NCBI GenBank assembly: GCA_965223415.1
Contig: OZ245002.1
Span: 5,184,001-5,248,000 of the forward strand
Reading direction: 5' to 3'
Length of the DNA stretch: 64,000 nt
Source: Myxococcota bacterium
Lineage (GTDB): Bacteria; Myxococcota_A; UBA9160; UBA6930
Below the pieces are notes generated by a model, which was not told where the DNA came from, searched no databases, and saw only the letters and a program-made list of their open reading frames with translations. Below are positions 38,464 to 47,302 of this stretch, in pieces; positions within the stretch are counted from its first letter, which is position 1, and the number at the start of each line of letters is the position of its first letter. Made by a program: the position numbers and the translations under genes.

Positions 38464-39660
38464 CTACAGGACCTCCAGCCCGGGAAAGGCCGCATTCTCC
38501 GGCGCCATGCAGTGGTGCACGAACACCGCCAGCCCCCCGTCCCCGGTCCAGAGCGTGTACCGGCCCTGCCCGTACCGCTCGCGAGCCCTCCGCCGCTGGC
38601 GGACGCCGTGCATGGCGAAGGACCGCGCCCGGTCGAGCCAGCGGGCTTCGCCAAAGCGGCGGGCCAGGGCGAGCAGCGCGTAGCCGTTCCCCGCGGTGCC
38701 GTGGCACAGGCCGGGGCCCTTGCGCAGCGGCCCGGCCTTCCACACCAGCTCACCCGCCCCGCGCAGCAGGTCGTCGAGAGCGTCCTCGCGCGGAGCGTCC
38801 GCCAGGGCGGCCACGATCCCGGGAACGCCGTGGCACCACTGGACGAGGCGTCGCGTGCCGTCCGGGTCGGCGCTCACCGGCCAATTCACGTCTTCGCCGT
38901 CACGGATCGCTCCGCCTAGCAAGGTTCGCGTGGCACGAGACGCAAGGGTCTGCGGGTCCGGCCCGGCCAGGAGTGCACCGGCCCTCAGCAGTGCACCGAC
39001 GTTGCCGGCGACGCCGTGGCAGGCACCGTAGTAGGAGCGCACGAAGCCGAAGACGTGGCTCGTCCAGTGCCAGGCGCCATCCGGGCGCTCCTCCCAGCTC
39101 GCGAGGAGATCGGCGGCGAGACGCGCGGCGTGCTGCCGCCACAGGGGGCTCCCGGTCTGGCGCCACAGGGTGAGGGCAGCGTGCAGGGCGCCGGTCTGGC
39201 CGCAGGTGATCTCGCGGGCGGGGTGGCCCACGAGCTGGTCCATGGCAACGGCGAGCCGGTCGGCCAGCGCGGCATCGCCGGGGAGCCCGAGAACGGCGGG
39301 GGCCAGGATGCCCACTTCCCCGACCTGGAGTCCGTGACCGAACTCGCCATCCGGCTCCTTCCGGTAGCCCTCGGCGATGGCGACGAGGGATGGGGAGAGG
39401 TCCGGCGCGTCGTAGCCCGCCGCGGCGAGAATGCGAAGGCTGCACACGGCGCCGGCCGCGCCGCCGTAGGCGTTCCAGCGCCGCTCCATGCCAGGCTGCT
39501 CGCCACCGTCCAGCAGGTGGGTCGGCCAGGTGCCGTCGCCGCGGCGGGCGTCGCGGAAGTCGGCCACGATCTCGTCGATCGCGGCCCGTGCCTGGCCGGC
39601 CGCCCACGGCTCGCCGGCAAGGGGCTGGTGCCGCCCGGGATCGTAGACGGGGCCGCTCAA
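38464..39660 (-). CDS. LanC-like (lanthionine synthetase C family) protein
   Basis: YGGAAG, YYGACHG, QWCHGVPG, GLCHGTAGNG, LWTGDGG; TTGA overlap with the thiolase stop. Confidence 0.88.
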   Translation of the reverse strand: MSGPVYDPGRHQPLAGEPWAAGQARAAIDEIVADFRDARRGDGTWPTHLLDGGEQPGMERRWNAYGGAAGAVCSLRILAAAGYDAPDLSPSLVAIAEGYRKEPDGEFGHGLQVGEVGILAPAVLGLPGDAALADRLAVAMDQLVGHPAREITCGQTGALHAALTLWRQTGSPLWRQHAARLAADLLASWEERPDGAWHWTSHVFGFVRSYYGACHGVAGNVGALLRAGALLAGPDPQTLASRATRTLLGGAIRDGEDVNWPVSADPDGTRRLVQWCHGVPGIVAALADAPREDALDDLLRGAGELVWKAGPLRKGPGLCHGTAGNGYALLALARRFGEARWLDRARSFAMHGVRQRRRARERYGQGRYTLWTGDGGLAVFVHHCMAPENAAFPGLEVL

Positions 39661-40847
39661 GAGGCGGTGAGAAGCAGGCAGCCCGCGAGGGGTCCGCCGC
39701 CTGCCGCGGCCACCGCCACCTCCGGGTCGCCCGGCACCTGGCGCTCCCCTCCGTGGCCTCGCAGCTGCACGCAGGCTTCGTGGAAGAAGCCGTAGCCGTG
39801 GAGCCGGCCGGCCGAGAGCTGGCCGCCGTGGGTGTTCAGGGGCAGCTCGCCATCGCGGGCGATGCGCGTGCCGCCCTCGATGAAGGGCCCGCCCTCCCCT
39901 CGCTTGCAGAATCCCAACGCCTCGAGCCAAGCCAGGGTGATGAAGCTGAAGCCGTCGTAGAGCTCCACCACGTCCACGTCGGCCGGCGTCAGCTCCGTGT
40001 CTTCCCACAGCGCCGCGCCCGCATCCCGCAGGGCCATCGTGGTGAGGTCGTCGAACTGGTCCCAGGACGGCCGGCCTTTCAGCGCGGTGCCCACGGCCTC
40101 GACGAAGATCGGCGGGTGCCGCAGGTCTCCAGCGCGCTCGGCGCACGACACCACGAAGGCGGTAGCGCCGTCCGCCGGCACGTCGCAGTCGAACAGGCAG
40201 AGCGGCGTCGAGATCATGCGTGCGGCCAGGTAGTCGTCCAGGCTCATCGGGTCGCGGTAGATCGCGTTCGGGTTCAGGGCCGCGTTTCTGCGGGCGTTGA
40301 GCGCGATCCAGGCGAGCTGCTCGCGGGTCGTGCCGAACTCGTGGAAATGGCGCTGGGCGAACATCGCGATCCAGTTCGCCGCCGAGTAGGCGCGGAATGG
40401 GATCGTGTACTCCATCATGCCGGTCATGCGGCCGCCGCCGCCGGCTCCCCCGCCTACGCCGATCCCCGCGCGCTTTCCCTGGCCCTGGAAGGTGGCCTCC
40501 CACACCGCGCGGAAGCACAGCACGTGGTTCGCGACGCCGGCGGCCACCGCCAGACAAGCCTCGACCACCGAGCCCAGCTGGCCCGGGTGCTCCGGTCCGC
40601 CGTTGAACCAACGCAGCGGCAGGCGCAGGGCGTCGTGCACCTCGCTGATGCCGGCGCCGGAGAAGCCGCCGGGACCCATGGCGCCCGGGTAGGTCGAGAG
40701 CCCGTCGATATCGTCCCGGGTGAGACCGGCGTCCTCGATCGCCGCCACGCAGGCATCGAGGGTAAGGTCCAGGGGGTCGCGTATCAGCCGCCGGCCGATC
40801 TGGGACTGGCCGAGCCCCGTGACGGCCGCCTTGCGCCGCAGGCTCAC
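39657..40847 (-). CDS. Thiolase-superfamily (SCP-x/Ltp2-like) protein
   Basis: PLCLFDCD, ELYDGFS, LPLNTHGGQLS; GTGA overlap with the DUF35 gene. Confidence 0.9.
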   Translation of the reverse strand: MSLRRKAAVTGLGQSQIGRRLIRDPLDLTLDACVAAIEDAGLTRDDIDGLSTYPGAMGPGGFSGAGISEVHDALRLPLRWFNGGPEHPGQLGSVVEACLAVAAGVANHVLCFRAVWEATFQGQGKRAGIGVGGGAGGGGRMTGMMEYTIPFRAYSAANWIAMFAQRHFHEFGTTREQLAWIALNARRNAALNPNAIYRDPMSLDDYLAARMISTPLCLFDCDVPADGATAFVVSCAERAGDLRHPPIFVEAVGTALKGRPSWDQFDDLTTMALRDAGAALWEDTELTPADVDVVELYDGFSFITLAWLEALGFCKRGEGGPFIEGGTRIARDGELPLNTHGGQLSAGRLHGYGFFHEACVQLRGHGGERQVPGDPEVAVAAAGGGPLAGCLLLTAS

Positions 40848-41278
40848 GCCGCGGCCTTCGCGCGCAGGGCCGCGTCCGTCGGCTCGAAGAGCGGAATCCA
40901 CACGTCCTCGTGCGGCTCGAACACCACCTGCACCAGCAGGCCGATGGCGACGTCCTCGGGCGCGACGTTCACCAGGTTCGTCATCAGCCGCACGCCTTCC
41001 TGCTCCTCGATCTCGACGATGGCGATCGGATACGGATGGTCGGAGCTCGGCACCCAGGGCTGATGGTTGAAGGTGAAGGTGAGCACGGTCGCCCGCCCCG
41101 AGGCTGCCGCCACCTCCAGGTCCTTGCCGAGGCAGGCGGGGCAGCGCGGCGACGTGGGATGGATCCAGGTGCCGCAGGGCTTGCAGCGCAGGAACTGGAG
41201 CCGGCCGTGCTCGCCGCCGCGCCAGAAGTGGGCGTTGGCGTCGGTCACCTTGGGCAGAACGCGAAAGGGCTTGTCCAC
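40844..41278 (-). CDS. DUF35 Zn-ribbon/OB-fold protein (ChsH2-like)
   Basis: FW...RCKPCG...PRCPAC...PY...VEIEEQEGVRLMTN. Confidence 0.92.
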   Translation of the reverse strand: MDKPFRVLPKVTDANAHFWRGGEHGRLQFLRCKPCGTWIHPTSPRCPACLGKDLEVAAASGRATVLTFTFNHQPWVPSSDHPYPIAIVEIEEQEGVRLMTNLVNVAPEDVAIGLLVQVVFEPHEDVWIPLFEPTDAALRAKAAA

Positions 41279-41281
41279 CCG

Positions 41282-41977
41282 CTAGCGCCCCAAGCTCTTG
41301 ACGATCACCTCGGAGAGCGGCGTCGAGTGCATCGACTCCATGTCGCCGTAGAGGGGCAGCTCCTCCACGGTGCGCTTCAGGGCGTCCGGCGAGCCGTAGA
41401 GCCGTGCGGGATCCGTGTAGTCCTCGAGGCTGCGGAAGCGCTCGGCGACGATGGCGCGAATCGGCGGCGAGCCGGGCGTCAGCACCCGAGCCACGGCGTT
41501 GCGCACGTACTCCCAGCGCAGCGGGTGCAGCTCGAAGGAGGCGGGCGTGTGGATCTCGTGCCAGCCGTGGTAGAAGGCCTCGTCGGTCAGGCGCTCGGGC
41601 TTCGGGAACCAGGTGAAGTGGGTGACGCCCGGGCTCTGCGCGCCGTCCGGCCAGTCGCGATCCTCGCAGGGCTGGGGCACGGACTCGGTCACGAGGTAGC
41701 CGTCAACCCGGGGCGCCTGCTCGCGAAGCGCCGTCTCGATGGGCCCGCGGTCGTCGAGGCTTCGCATCCACAGGCCGACGGCGGCGGAGACGGTCGCGCC
41801 CTCCCCCATCAGGAGCGTCGGCTTCGGAATCGCTTGCTGGGTGTCGGCAAGGCTCACGTTCAGGGCCAGGGCCCCGGCGTCGAGCATGCGCGGCGCCAGC
41901 TCCTCGAGGAGATGGGCGCGGTAGGCGCCGATCGCCAGCCCGTCGCGCTTCCAGGTGAGGTAGATCAGCTTCTCCAT
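41282..41977 (-). CDS. EthD-like dimeric alpha/beta barrel protein
   Basis: MEKLIY...; KPERLTDEAFYHGWHEIH; YVRNAV; AIVAERF. Confidence 0.7.
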   Translation of the reverse strand: MEKLIYLTWKRDGLAIGAYRAHLLEELAPRMLDAGALALNVSLADTQQAIPKPTLLMGEGATVSAAVGLWMRSLDDRGPIETALREQAPRVDGYLVTESVPQPCEDRDWPDGAQSPGVTHFTWFPKPERLTDEAFYHGWHEIHTPASFELHPLRWEYVRNAVARVLTPGSPPIRAIVAERFRSLEDYTDPARLYGSPDALKRTVEELPLYGDMESMHSTPLSEVIVKSLGR

Positions 41978-41987
41978 CGGGCCCTCG

Positions 41988-42932
41988 CTAGTAGCCGCGC
42001 ACCGGGTCGACCGGGTTGCGGACCGGCTCTCCGCGCTCGACCCGTGCCACGTTCTCGGCGAAGAGCGCCACCACGTCCGGGAGGTAGGCGGGATACCCGC
42101 CGGCTACGTGGGGCGTGACGATCAGGTTCGGCGCCTCCCAGAAGGGGTCGTTCGGCGGCAGCGGCTCGCTGGCGAACACGTCGAAGGCGGCCCCGGCCAG
42201 GCGACCCTCCTCGAGGGCCCGGTGCACCGCCCGCTCGTCGGCGATGCCCCCGCGCGCCAGGTTCACCAGCCGGGCGCCGGGCTTCATCTTCGCGAGCCGG
42301 GCCTCGCCGAGGAAGCCGCGGGTCTCGTCGGTCAACGGGAGGAGGAGCACCACCACGTCGGCCTCCGAGAGCACCGCGTCGCTGCCTTCGGGGCCGAACA
42401 CCTCCTCCAGGGCGGGATGGGGCTTCGGCGTGCGCTGGGTCGCCATCACCCGCATGCCCAGGGCGGCTGCCTTCTCCGCGAGGGCCAGACCGATCGCACC
42501 ACAGCCGAGGATGCCCAGGGTGCGGCCGGCCACTGGCTCCGCCAGGAAGCGGGTCCAGGTGCGCTCGCGCTGGGCCTGCACGGCGAGGGGCACCTGCTTC
42601 AGGAGCGCCAGCACCAGCGCGAGCCCGAACTCGCTCATGGTCGGGGCCGCAGCACCGCGGTTGTTGGCGATTGCCACGCCCGGCGGGAGGCCCTCGGCGG
42701 GCACCACGTCGTCCACCCCGGCGCCCATGCACTGGATCAGCCGCAGGCGCTTCGCCCGGTGCCAGTGGTTGCGGGGCGCGCCCAGGGTGAGCAGGAACTC
42801 CGCTTCGGAGAGGCCGGCCACCAGCGCGTCCTCCTGCTTCCAGCACACCACCTGGCGGCCGGGAAACGCCTCCGCCAGGAGGGGCTCCAGCGCGGCGGCG
42901 AAGGCGGCGAAGCCGTGGACCATGGAGCTCAT
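41988..42932 (-). CDS. D-2-hydroxyacid dehydrogenase (NAD(P)-dependent)
   Basis: GAGVD, GCGAIG, NLARG, DVFASEP, TPHVAG; TAGAAT 8 nt upstream of ATG 42932. Confidence 0.93.
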   Translation of the reverse strand: MSSMVHGFAAFAAALEPLLAEAFPGRQVVCWKQEDALVAGLSEAEFLLTLGAPRNHWHRAKRLRLIQCMGAGVDDVVPAEGLPPGVAIANNRGAAAPTMSEFGLALVLALLKQVPLAVQAQRERTWTRFLAEPVAGRTLGILGCGAIGLALAEKAAALGMRVMATQRTPKPHPALEEVFGPEGSDAVLSEADVVVLLLPLTDETRGFLGEARLAKMKPGARLVNLARGGIADERAVHRALEEGRLAGAAFDVFASEPLPPNDPFWEAPNLIVTPHVAGGYPAYLPDVVALFAENVARVERGEPVRNPVDPVRGY

Positions 42933-43012
42933 CGCGGGCCATTCTATGGAAGGCCGGCCCCGTCCGCCCCGGGACGCTTGTGGAACCGGGGTCGGCACGA
43001 CACCTTCCCCCG

Positions 43013-44143
43013 GTGCGCTGGCTGACGAGACTCCTTCCGCTCCTTCTCTGGCCGGCCGTCGCGGCAGCGGACGTGGCGGTGCCCCTGCCTCCGCAGCCCC
43101 CCGGCGTCGCCTGGCCCGCCGCGGCCTGGCCCGAAGGCGAGCTTCCGGCCGAGGTGGACGACGACGCCGTATCCGCCGCCCTGGACACGCTCTTCACGAG
43201 CGTGGGCCGCGGCGGTGTCCCGGACACCCGCGCTGTCCTCGTCGTCCGCGGCGGGGAGATCGTCGCGGAACGCTATGCGGAGGACTTCGGTCCGGAGACC
43301 CGCTTCCACTCCTGGTCGATGGGCAAGAGCGTCGTCCAGTGCCTCGTCGGCATCCTCGTCCGAGAGGGCCGGCTGGAGGTGGACGCGCCGGCACCGGTGC
43401 CGGCCTGGGACGGGCCCGACGATCCCCGCGCTCGGCTCACCCTTCGCCACCTGCTGCACATGACCACGGGCCTCGACAACGCCGACGGCGGCGCCGACCC
43501 CGCCGCGTTCGTCGGGCGGCTCCTGTTCGGCCCTCTCGCCCGGGACATGGCCGGCGCCGCGGCCGACGTCCCCCTCCTCCACGATCCCGGCACCCACTGG
43601 GCCTACTCGACCGGAACCAGCGCGATCCTCGGCGGGATCGTCTCTCGCCTCACGGGCCCGGACCGCGGGAGCACGCGACGCTGGATGGAGCGCGAGCTCC
43701 TCGAGCCGCTGGGCATCCGCTCCCTGGTGGCGGAGTTCGACGAGCACCAGCAGCTCGTCGGGGGAAGCCACGTGTGGGCCACGGCCCGCGACTGGGCCCG
43801 GCTCGGCCTCCTCTACCTCCGCGACGGCGTCTGGGACGGCCGCCCCATCCTGCCCGGCGGCTGGGTCGACTTCACGCGCGCCCGGGCCCCGGCCGAGAAC
43901 AACGGCACCTACGGCGCTCACTTCTGGCTGAACCGGAAGCCGCGGGAGGACCAGTTCCAGCCCCTGCCCGGCGCCCCCGAGAGCGCCTTTCAGATGAGCG
44001 GCAACGGCGGGCAGTACGTCGCCCTGGTTCCGGACCGCGACCTCGTCGTCGTGCGGCTGGGCGAGATGAGCGGCACCGACTGGTCGACCCTCGGCCGCCA
44101 GATGGGGGCGCTCGTCGCGGCCTTCCCGGCGGTCATGCCGTGA
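43013..44143 (+). CDS. Exported serine hydrolase (class C beta-lactamase/NylB-like)
   Basis: Signal peptide, SWSMGKS (SxxK), LLHMTTG, WAYST, GNGGQ. Confidence 0.9.
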   Translation: MRWLTRLLPLLLWPAVAAADVAVPLPPQPPGVAWPAAAWPEGELPAEVDDDAVSAALDTLFTSVGRGGVPDTRAVLVVRGGEIVAERYAEDFGPETRFHSWSMGKSVVQCLVGILVREGRLEVDAPAPVPAWDGPDDPRARLTLRHLLHMTTGLDNADGGADPAAFVGRLLFGPLARDMAGAAADVPLLHDPGTHWAYSTGTSAILGGIVSRLTGPDRGSTRRWMERELLEPLGIRSLVAEFDEHQQLVGGSHVWATARDWARLGLLYLRDGVWDGRPILPGGWVDFTRARAPAENNGTYGAHFWLNRKPREDQFQPLPGAPESAFQMSGNGGQYVALVPDRDLVVVRLGEMSGTDWSTLGRQMGALVAAFPAVMP

Positions 44144-44436
44144 AGCGCTTCGTCCTCGTGCTGCTGCTGGTCGCCGGGGCGGCCGGCGCCTGGTACCTGA
44201 CGAACCTGCGCGCCATGACCGACGTGGGCGCGGGCTTCGTCGCGAAGCAGATGTGCTCCTGCATGTTCATCGGCCAGCGCAGCTTCGCCTCGTGCCGGCC
44301 GGACATGCTGGAGTCGATGGACCCGATCGAGGCGGAGGTGCTGCCCGGCGGTGACGGCGTGCGCGCCTGGGTGCCGCTGTTGGCGGAACGCATCGCCCGC
44401 CATGAGGCCCCCTTCGGCTGCACCCTGGAGCCGTAG
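44140..44436 (+). CDS. Small membrane-anchored Cys-containing protein
   Basis: GTGA overlap; [12 protein letters not shown]...[16 protein letters not shown]...FGCTLEP. Confidence 0.8.
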   Translation: MKRFVLVLLLVAGAAGAWYLTNLRAMTDVGAGFVAKQMCSCMFIGQRSFASCRPDMLESMDPIEAEVLPGGDGVRAWVPLLAERIARHEAPFGCTLEP

Positions 44437-44489
44437 CCCTCCCACCCGGCGCGCTCAGGCGCCACCCCCGGCCCTCCGATGCATCCCGC

Positions 44490-45839
44490 ATGGGAGAGAA
44501 CCCCTTCCCCGAGGCCCCGCCCACGGTCCTCCTCGTCAGCCGGGACCCGGAGGCGGCCAAGTGGCTCGATGCGGCTGTTGGCGGCGAGCTGCAGGTGCGC
44601 CAGGCCGAGCCCTCCGAGGTCGCCCGCGGCGCCACCTGGGTCGACGCGGCGGTCGCCGTCGCCCACTGGCGCGAGGAAGACGGCCCTGCAGCCCTCGACG
44701 CCCTGGGCGCCCTGCGCGAGCTGCCGATCGCAGAGCGCGTCGTGCTGGTGGCCGACGTGGAGCCCGCTGAGCTCGATCGCGGCCTCCAGGTCCTCCAGCC
44801 CCAGTGCTGGCTGCCGGATCCGCCTCCGGCGCCGGCCCTGGCCCGTGCCCTGCGGCAAGCCCTGCCCACCCGGCCCGGCGCCGGCGCCCGCCGTGGCCAG
44901 CGCCCGACGGCGGCCCTGCTCGGGGTCAGCGCCGCGCTTCGCGACGTGACCAAGGAGATCCGCCGCGTGGCGCCGACCCAGGCGTCCGTCCTGATCCTCG
45001 GCGAGACCGGCACCGGCAAGGAGCTCGCCGCGCGGGCCGTCCACGACCAGAGCACCCGGGCCGGCGGTCCGTTCGTCGCGATCAACTGCGGCGCGATGCC
45101 GGAGACGCTGCTCGAGAGCGAGTTGTTCGGGTCCTTGCGGGGCGCCTTCACCGGCGCCGAGCGCGACCGCGACGGGCTGTTCCGGGAGGCGGACGGAGGC
45201 ACCCTGTTCCTCGACGAGATCGGCGACACCACCCCCGCCCTACAGACGAAGCTGCTCCGGGTGCTCGAGGAGCGCGAGATCCGCCCGATCGGCGGCTCCG
45301 AGACCCGGCCGGTGAACGTGCGCATCGTCTCCGCCACCCACCGGGACCTGCCCGCGGCGATCGAGGCCGGCGAGTTCCGCCAGGACCTCTACTACCGGCT
45401 CAACACCGTCACCCTCGAGCTGCCTCCCCTCCGACGCCGCCGGGTCGACATCCCCTTCCTGGCCCAGCACTTCGCGGAGGCCTTCGGCGAGGAGAACGCC
45501 CGCCAGATCACCCTGAGCGACGAGTTCCTGGATGCCCTCTCCGCCTACGAGTTCCCGGGCAACGTGCGCGAGCTTCGCAATGCGGTGGAGCGCGCCATCG
45601 CGCTCACGCGGCCCGGCGAGGACGTGCCGGTCTCCGCGCTGCGCGCCGGCCCGACCGGCGGCGCCTCCACCTCGATCCCGACCGGTGGGGGCAGCCTTCG
45701 CGAGCAGGTGGAGCGTCTCGAAGTACAGCTCCTCCGGGAGGCCCTCGCCGAGCACGGCGGCAACAAGACCCGCGCAGCGGAGGCCCTCGGGCTGTCGAGG
45801 GTGGGGCTCGGCAAGAAGGTCAAGCGCTACGGCCTGTAG
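44490..45839 (+). CDS. Sigma-54-dependent enhancer-binding protein (Fis-type HTH) with a degenerate receiver-like N-terminus
   Basis: [54 protein letters not shown]. Confidence 0.95.
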   Translation: MGENPFPEAPPTVLLVSRDPEAAKWLDAAVGGELQVRQAEPSEVARGATWVDAAVAVAHWREEDGPAALDALGALRELPIAERVVLVADVEPAELDRGLQVLQPQCWLPDPPPAPALARALRQALPTRPGAGARRGQRPTAALLGVSAALRDVTKEIRRVAPTQASVLILGETGTGKELAARAVHDQSTRAGGPFVAINCGAMPETLLESELFGSLRGAFTGAERDRDGLFREADGGTLFLDEIGDTTPALQTKLLRVLEEREIRPIGGSETRPVNVRIVSATHRDLPAAIEAGEFRQDLYYRLNTVTLELPPLRRRRVDIPFLAQHFAEAFGEENARQITLSDEFLDALSAYEFPGNVRELRNAVERAIALTRPGEDVPVSALRAGPTGGASTSIPTGGGSLREQVERLEVQLLREALAEHGGNKTRAAEALGLSRVGLGKKVKRYGL

Positions 45840-45871
45840 CCCGGGCCTCACGCGCGCCGCTCCGCAGCCAC

Positions 45872-45888
45872 CGCCAACCAGGTTGGCG
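45872..45888. promoter_or_regulatory. 8-1-8 palindrome, candidate upstream activator sequence
   Basis: CGCCAACC-A-GGTTGGCG, about 200 nt upstream of the predicted sigma54 start; partial second copy CGCCAAC at 45896. Confidence 0.55.
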
Positions 45889-46056
45889 AAGCCGCCGCCA
45901 ACACCGTGAGCGGTGGCGTCCTGGACGCGGCGCTGGGCGACTTCGGGCGGAGCTGCGCAGCGGAGATGCCAGGCGCGACGAATTGCGGCCACCCGGCGCT
46001 CCGCGCCCGCCGAGCCGCCGGGCCGGAGACCGCGGGGTTGCAGGCGCAGCTGCACG

Positions 46057-46072
46057 TGGCACGTGCCTTGCT
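46057..46072 (+). promoter_or_regulatory. Sigma-54 (-24/-12) promoter
   Basis: TGGCAC-GTGCC-TTGCT, an exact match to TGGCAC-N5-TTGC(A/T). Confidence 0.85.
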
Positions 46073-46082
46073 CTAGTCAGAG

Positions 46083-46160
46083 GTCACGAACCAACGAGTT
46101 CCCCCCCAGAGCCCCCCCGACGGACCCGGTCGCCCCCCAGCGGCCGGGTCCACCCCTTCT
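46083..46160 (+). ncRNA. Candidate sigma54-dependent C-rich small RNA (Pxr-like architecture)
   Basis: Follows the -24/-12 promoter; C7, C7 and C6 tracts; 12-bp stem 46122-46133/46140-46151 with CCCCCA loop. Confidence 0.5.
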
Positions 46161-46188
46161 GGGGGCGTGCGCGTATACTCGCGCGCCC

Positions 46189-47280
46189 ATGGCAGATCTC
46201 GAGCCGAACGTCGACGCGGCACAGCTGGCGCCCCGCGGCCAGCCCCTCCACACGCGTACGTTGGTCGTGGACGTGATGCGGCACGATCCGGAGACCCTGC
46301 GCGCCGAGGGCCAGATCCTCGACGTCCGCAAGTGCGGCTTCGTGCCCGGCGCCGGTGATCTCCAGACCGCGGGCTTCATCCACCTGATGAAGATCGGCCT
46401 CGGGCTCGACCGGGAGGATCTGCGCATTCGCCGCCTCGAGGTGGACCAGCCGACCGTCGCCTACGAGCCGGACGCGGAGACCACCGGCGGTGAGTGCTGT
46501 CGGGACCCGGCGCCGCGCCTCCAGGCGCTGGTGGGCGAGCGACTGGACGACCGCTTCGCCGCCCGGCTGCGGGAGGTGTTCGGCGGCCCGCTCGGCTGCT
46601 CCCACCTCCTCACCCTGGCCCAGCTGATGGGCTCGAGCCTGCCCCCGGGCCTGGAGCAGGACCAGGCGATCGCCCCGAAAGGCCTTTCGGAACGAAGGGA
46701 TGGAGAACGTCTCTTCAAGCGCACCCTGATCCTCGACGGCCTGGCCGCAGGGCCGGGCCACATGGAGGTGACGGCCCAGCTGAGCGCCTTCCACATGCGG
46801 CCGCGGGAGCGTGTGGACATGCCCCTCGAGCGCCTGGCCCGGCTCCACGAGGTGCACGTGGACGCCCGGATCGGCCTCGAGGAGATGCAGCTCGTCGCTC
46901 TCGACGCGGCGGAGCGCGTGCGGAGCTGGGCGAGCTTCGGGGACGAGTCCTGGACGTCCCGCGCCGACGCGGTGGCTCCGTTCGTCGGGGGCCCTGCCCT
47001 GCGCGGGCTCTCCCGGGCCGTGCTGGAGCGCCTCGGTGGTCGCCCCGAGCACGAGCTGCTGACCGACGTGCTGCTCAACCTGGGACCGTGCCTGATCCAG
47101 TGCCTGGCGGCGACGTCGATGGAATGGATGGCCCGCGCCGCGCGCGGGCCGAAGGATCCCGCGCCGGAGTCCGCGCGCAGCGGACCGGACATGCAGTCGA
47201 TGGGCGGCTTTCCGGACTCCTGCTACGTGTGGCGCCGCGACGGCGCGATGGGCCGACGACGGTTCGGGGGCGACGGATGA
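46189..47280 (+). CDS. DUF2889-like protein (apparently two repeated domains)
   Basis: LHTRT...HLMKI...C...GPLGCSHL; second half FKRT...HEVHV...DSCYVW; TATACT 9 nt upstream of the ATG. Confidence 0.7.
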   Translation: MADLEPNVDAAQLAPRGQPLHTRTLVVDVMRHDPETLRAEGQILDVRKCGFVPGAGDLQTAGFIHLMKIGLGLDREDLRIRRLEVDQPTVAYEPDAETTGGECCRDPAPRLQALVGERLDDRFAARLREVFGGPLGCSHLLTLAQLMGSSLPPGLEQDQAIAPKGLSERRDGERLFKRTLILDGLAAGPGHMEVTAQLSAFHMRPRERVDMPLERLARLHEVHVDARIGLEEMQLVALDAAERVRSWASFGDESWTSRADAVAPFVGGPALRGLSRAVLERLGGRPEHELLTDVLLNLGPCLIQCLAATSMEWMARAARGPKDPAPESARSGPDMQSMGGFPDSCYVWRRDGAMGRRRFGGDG

Positions 47281-47302
47281 TGCATCGGACGACGAGGGAT
47301 CC

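Noticed and set aside
38290..39660. Lanthipeptide biosynthetic cluster
   Set aside because: No dehydratase, transporter/protease or Ser/Thr/Cys-rich precursor ORF is visible near the LanC-like gene.
38464..40611. 715-aa thiolase-LanC fusion
   Set aside because: The upstream part is a different frame from the thiolase; the two genes are separate and overlap at TTGA (39657-39660).
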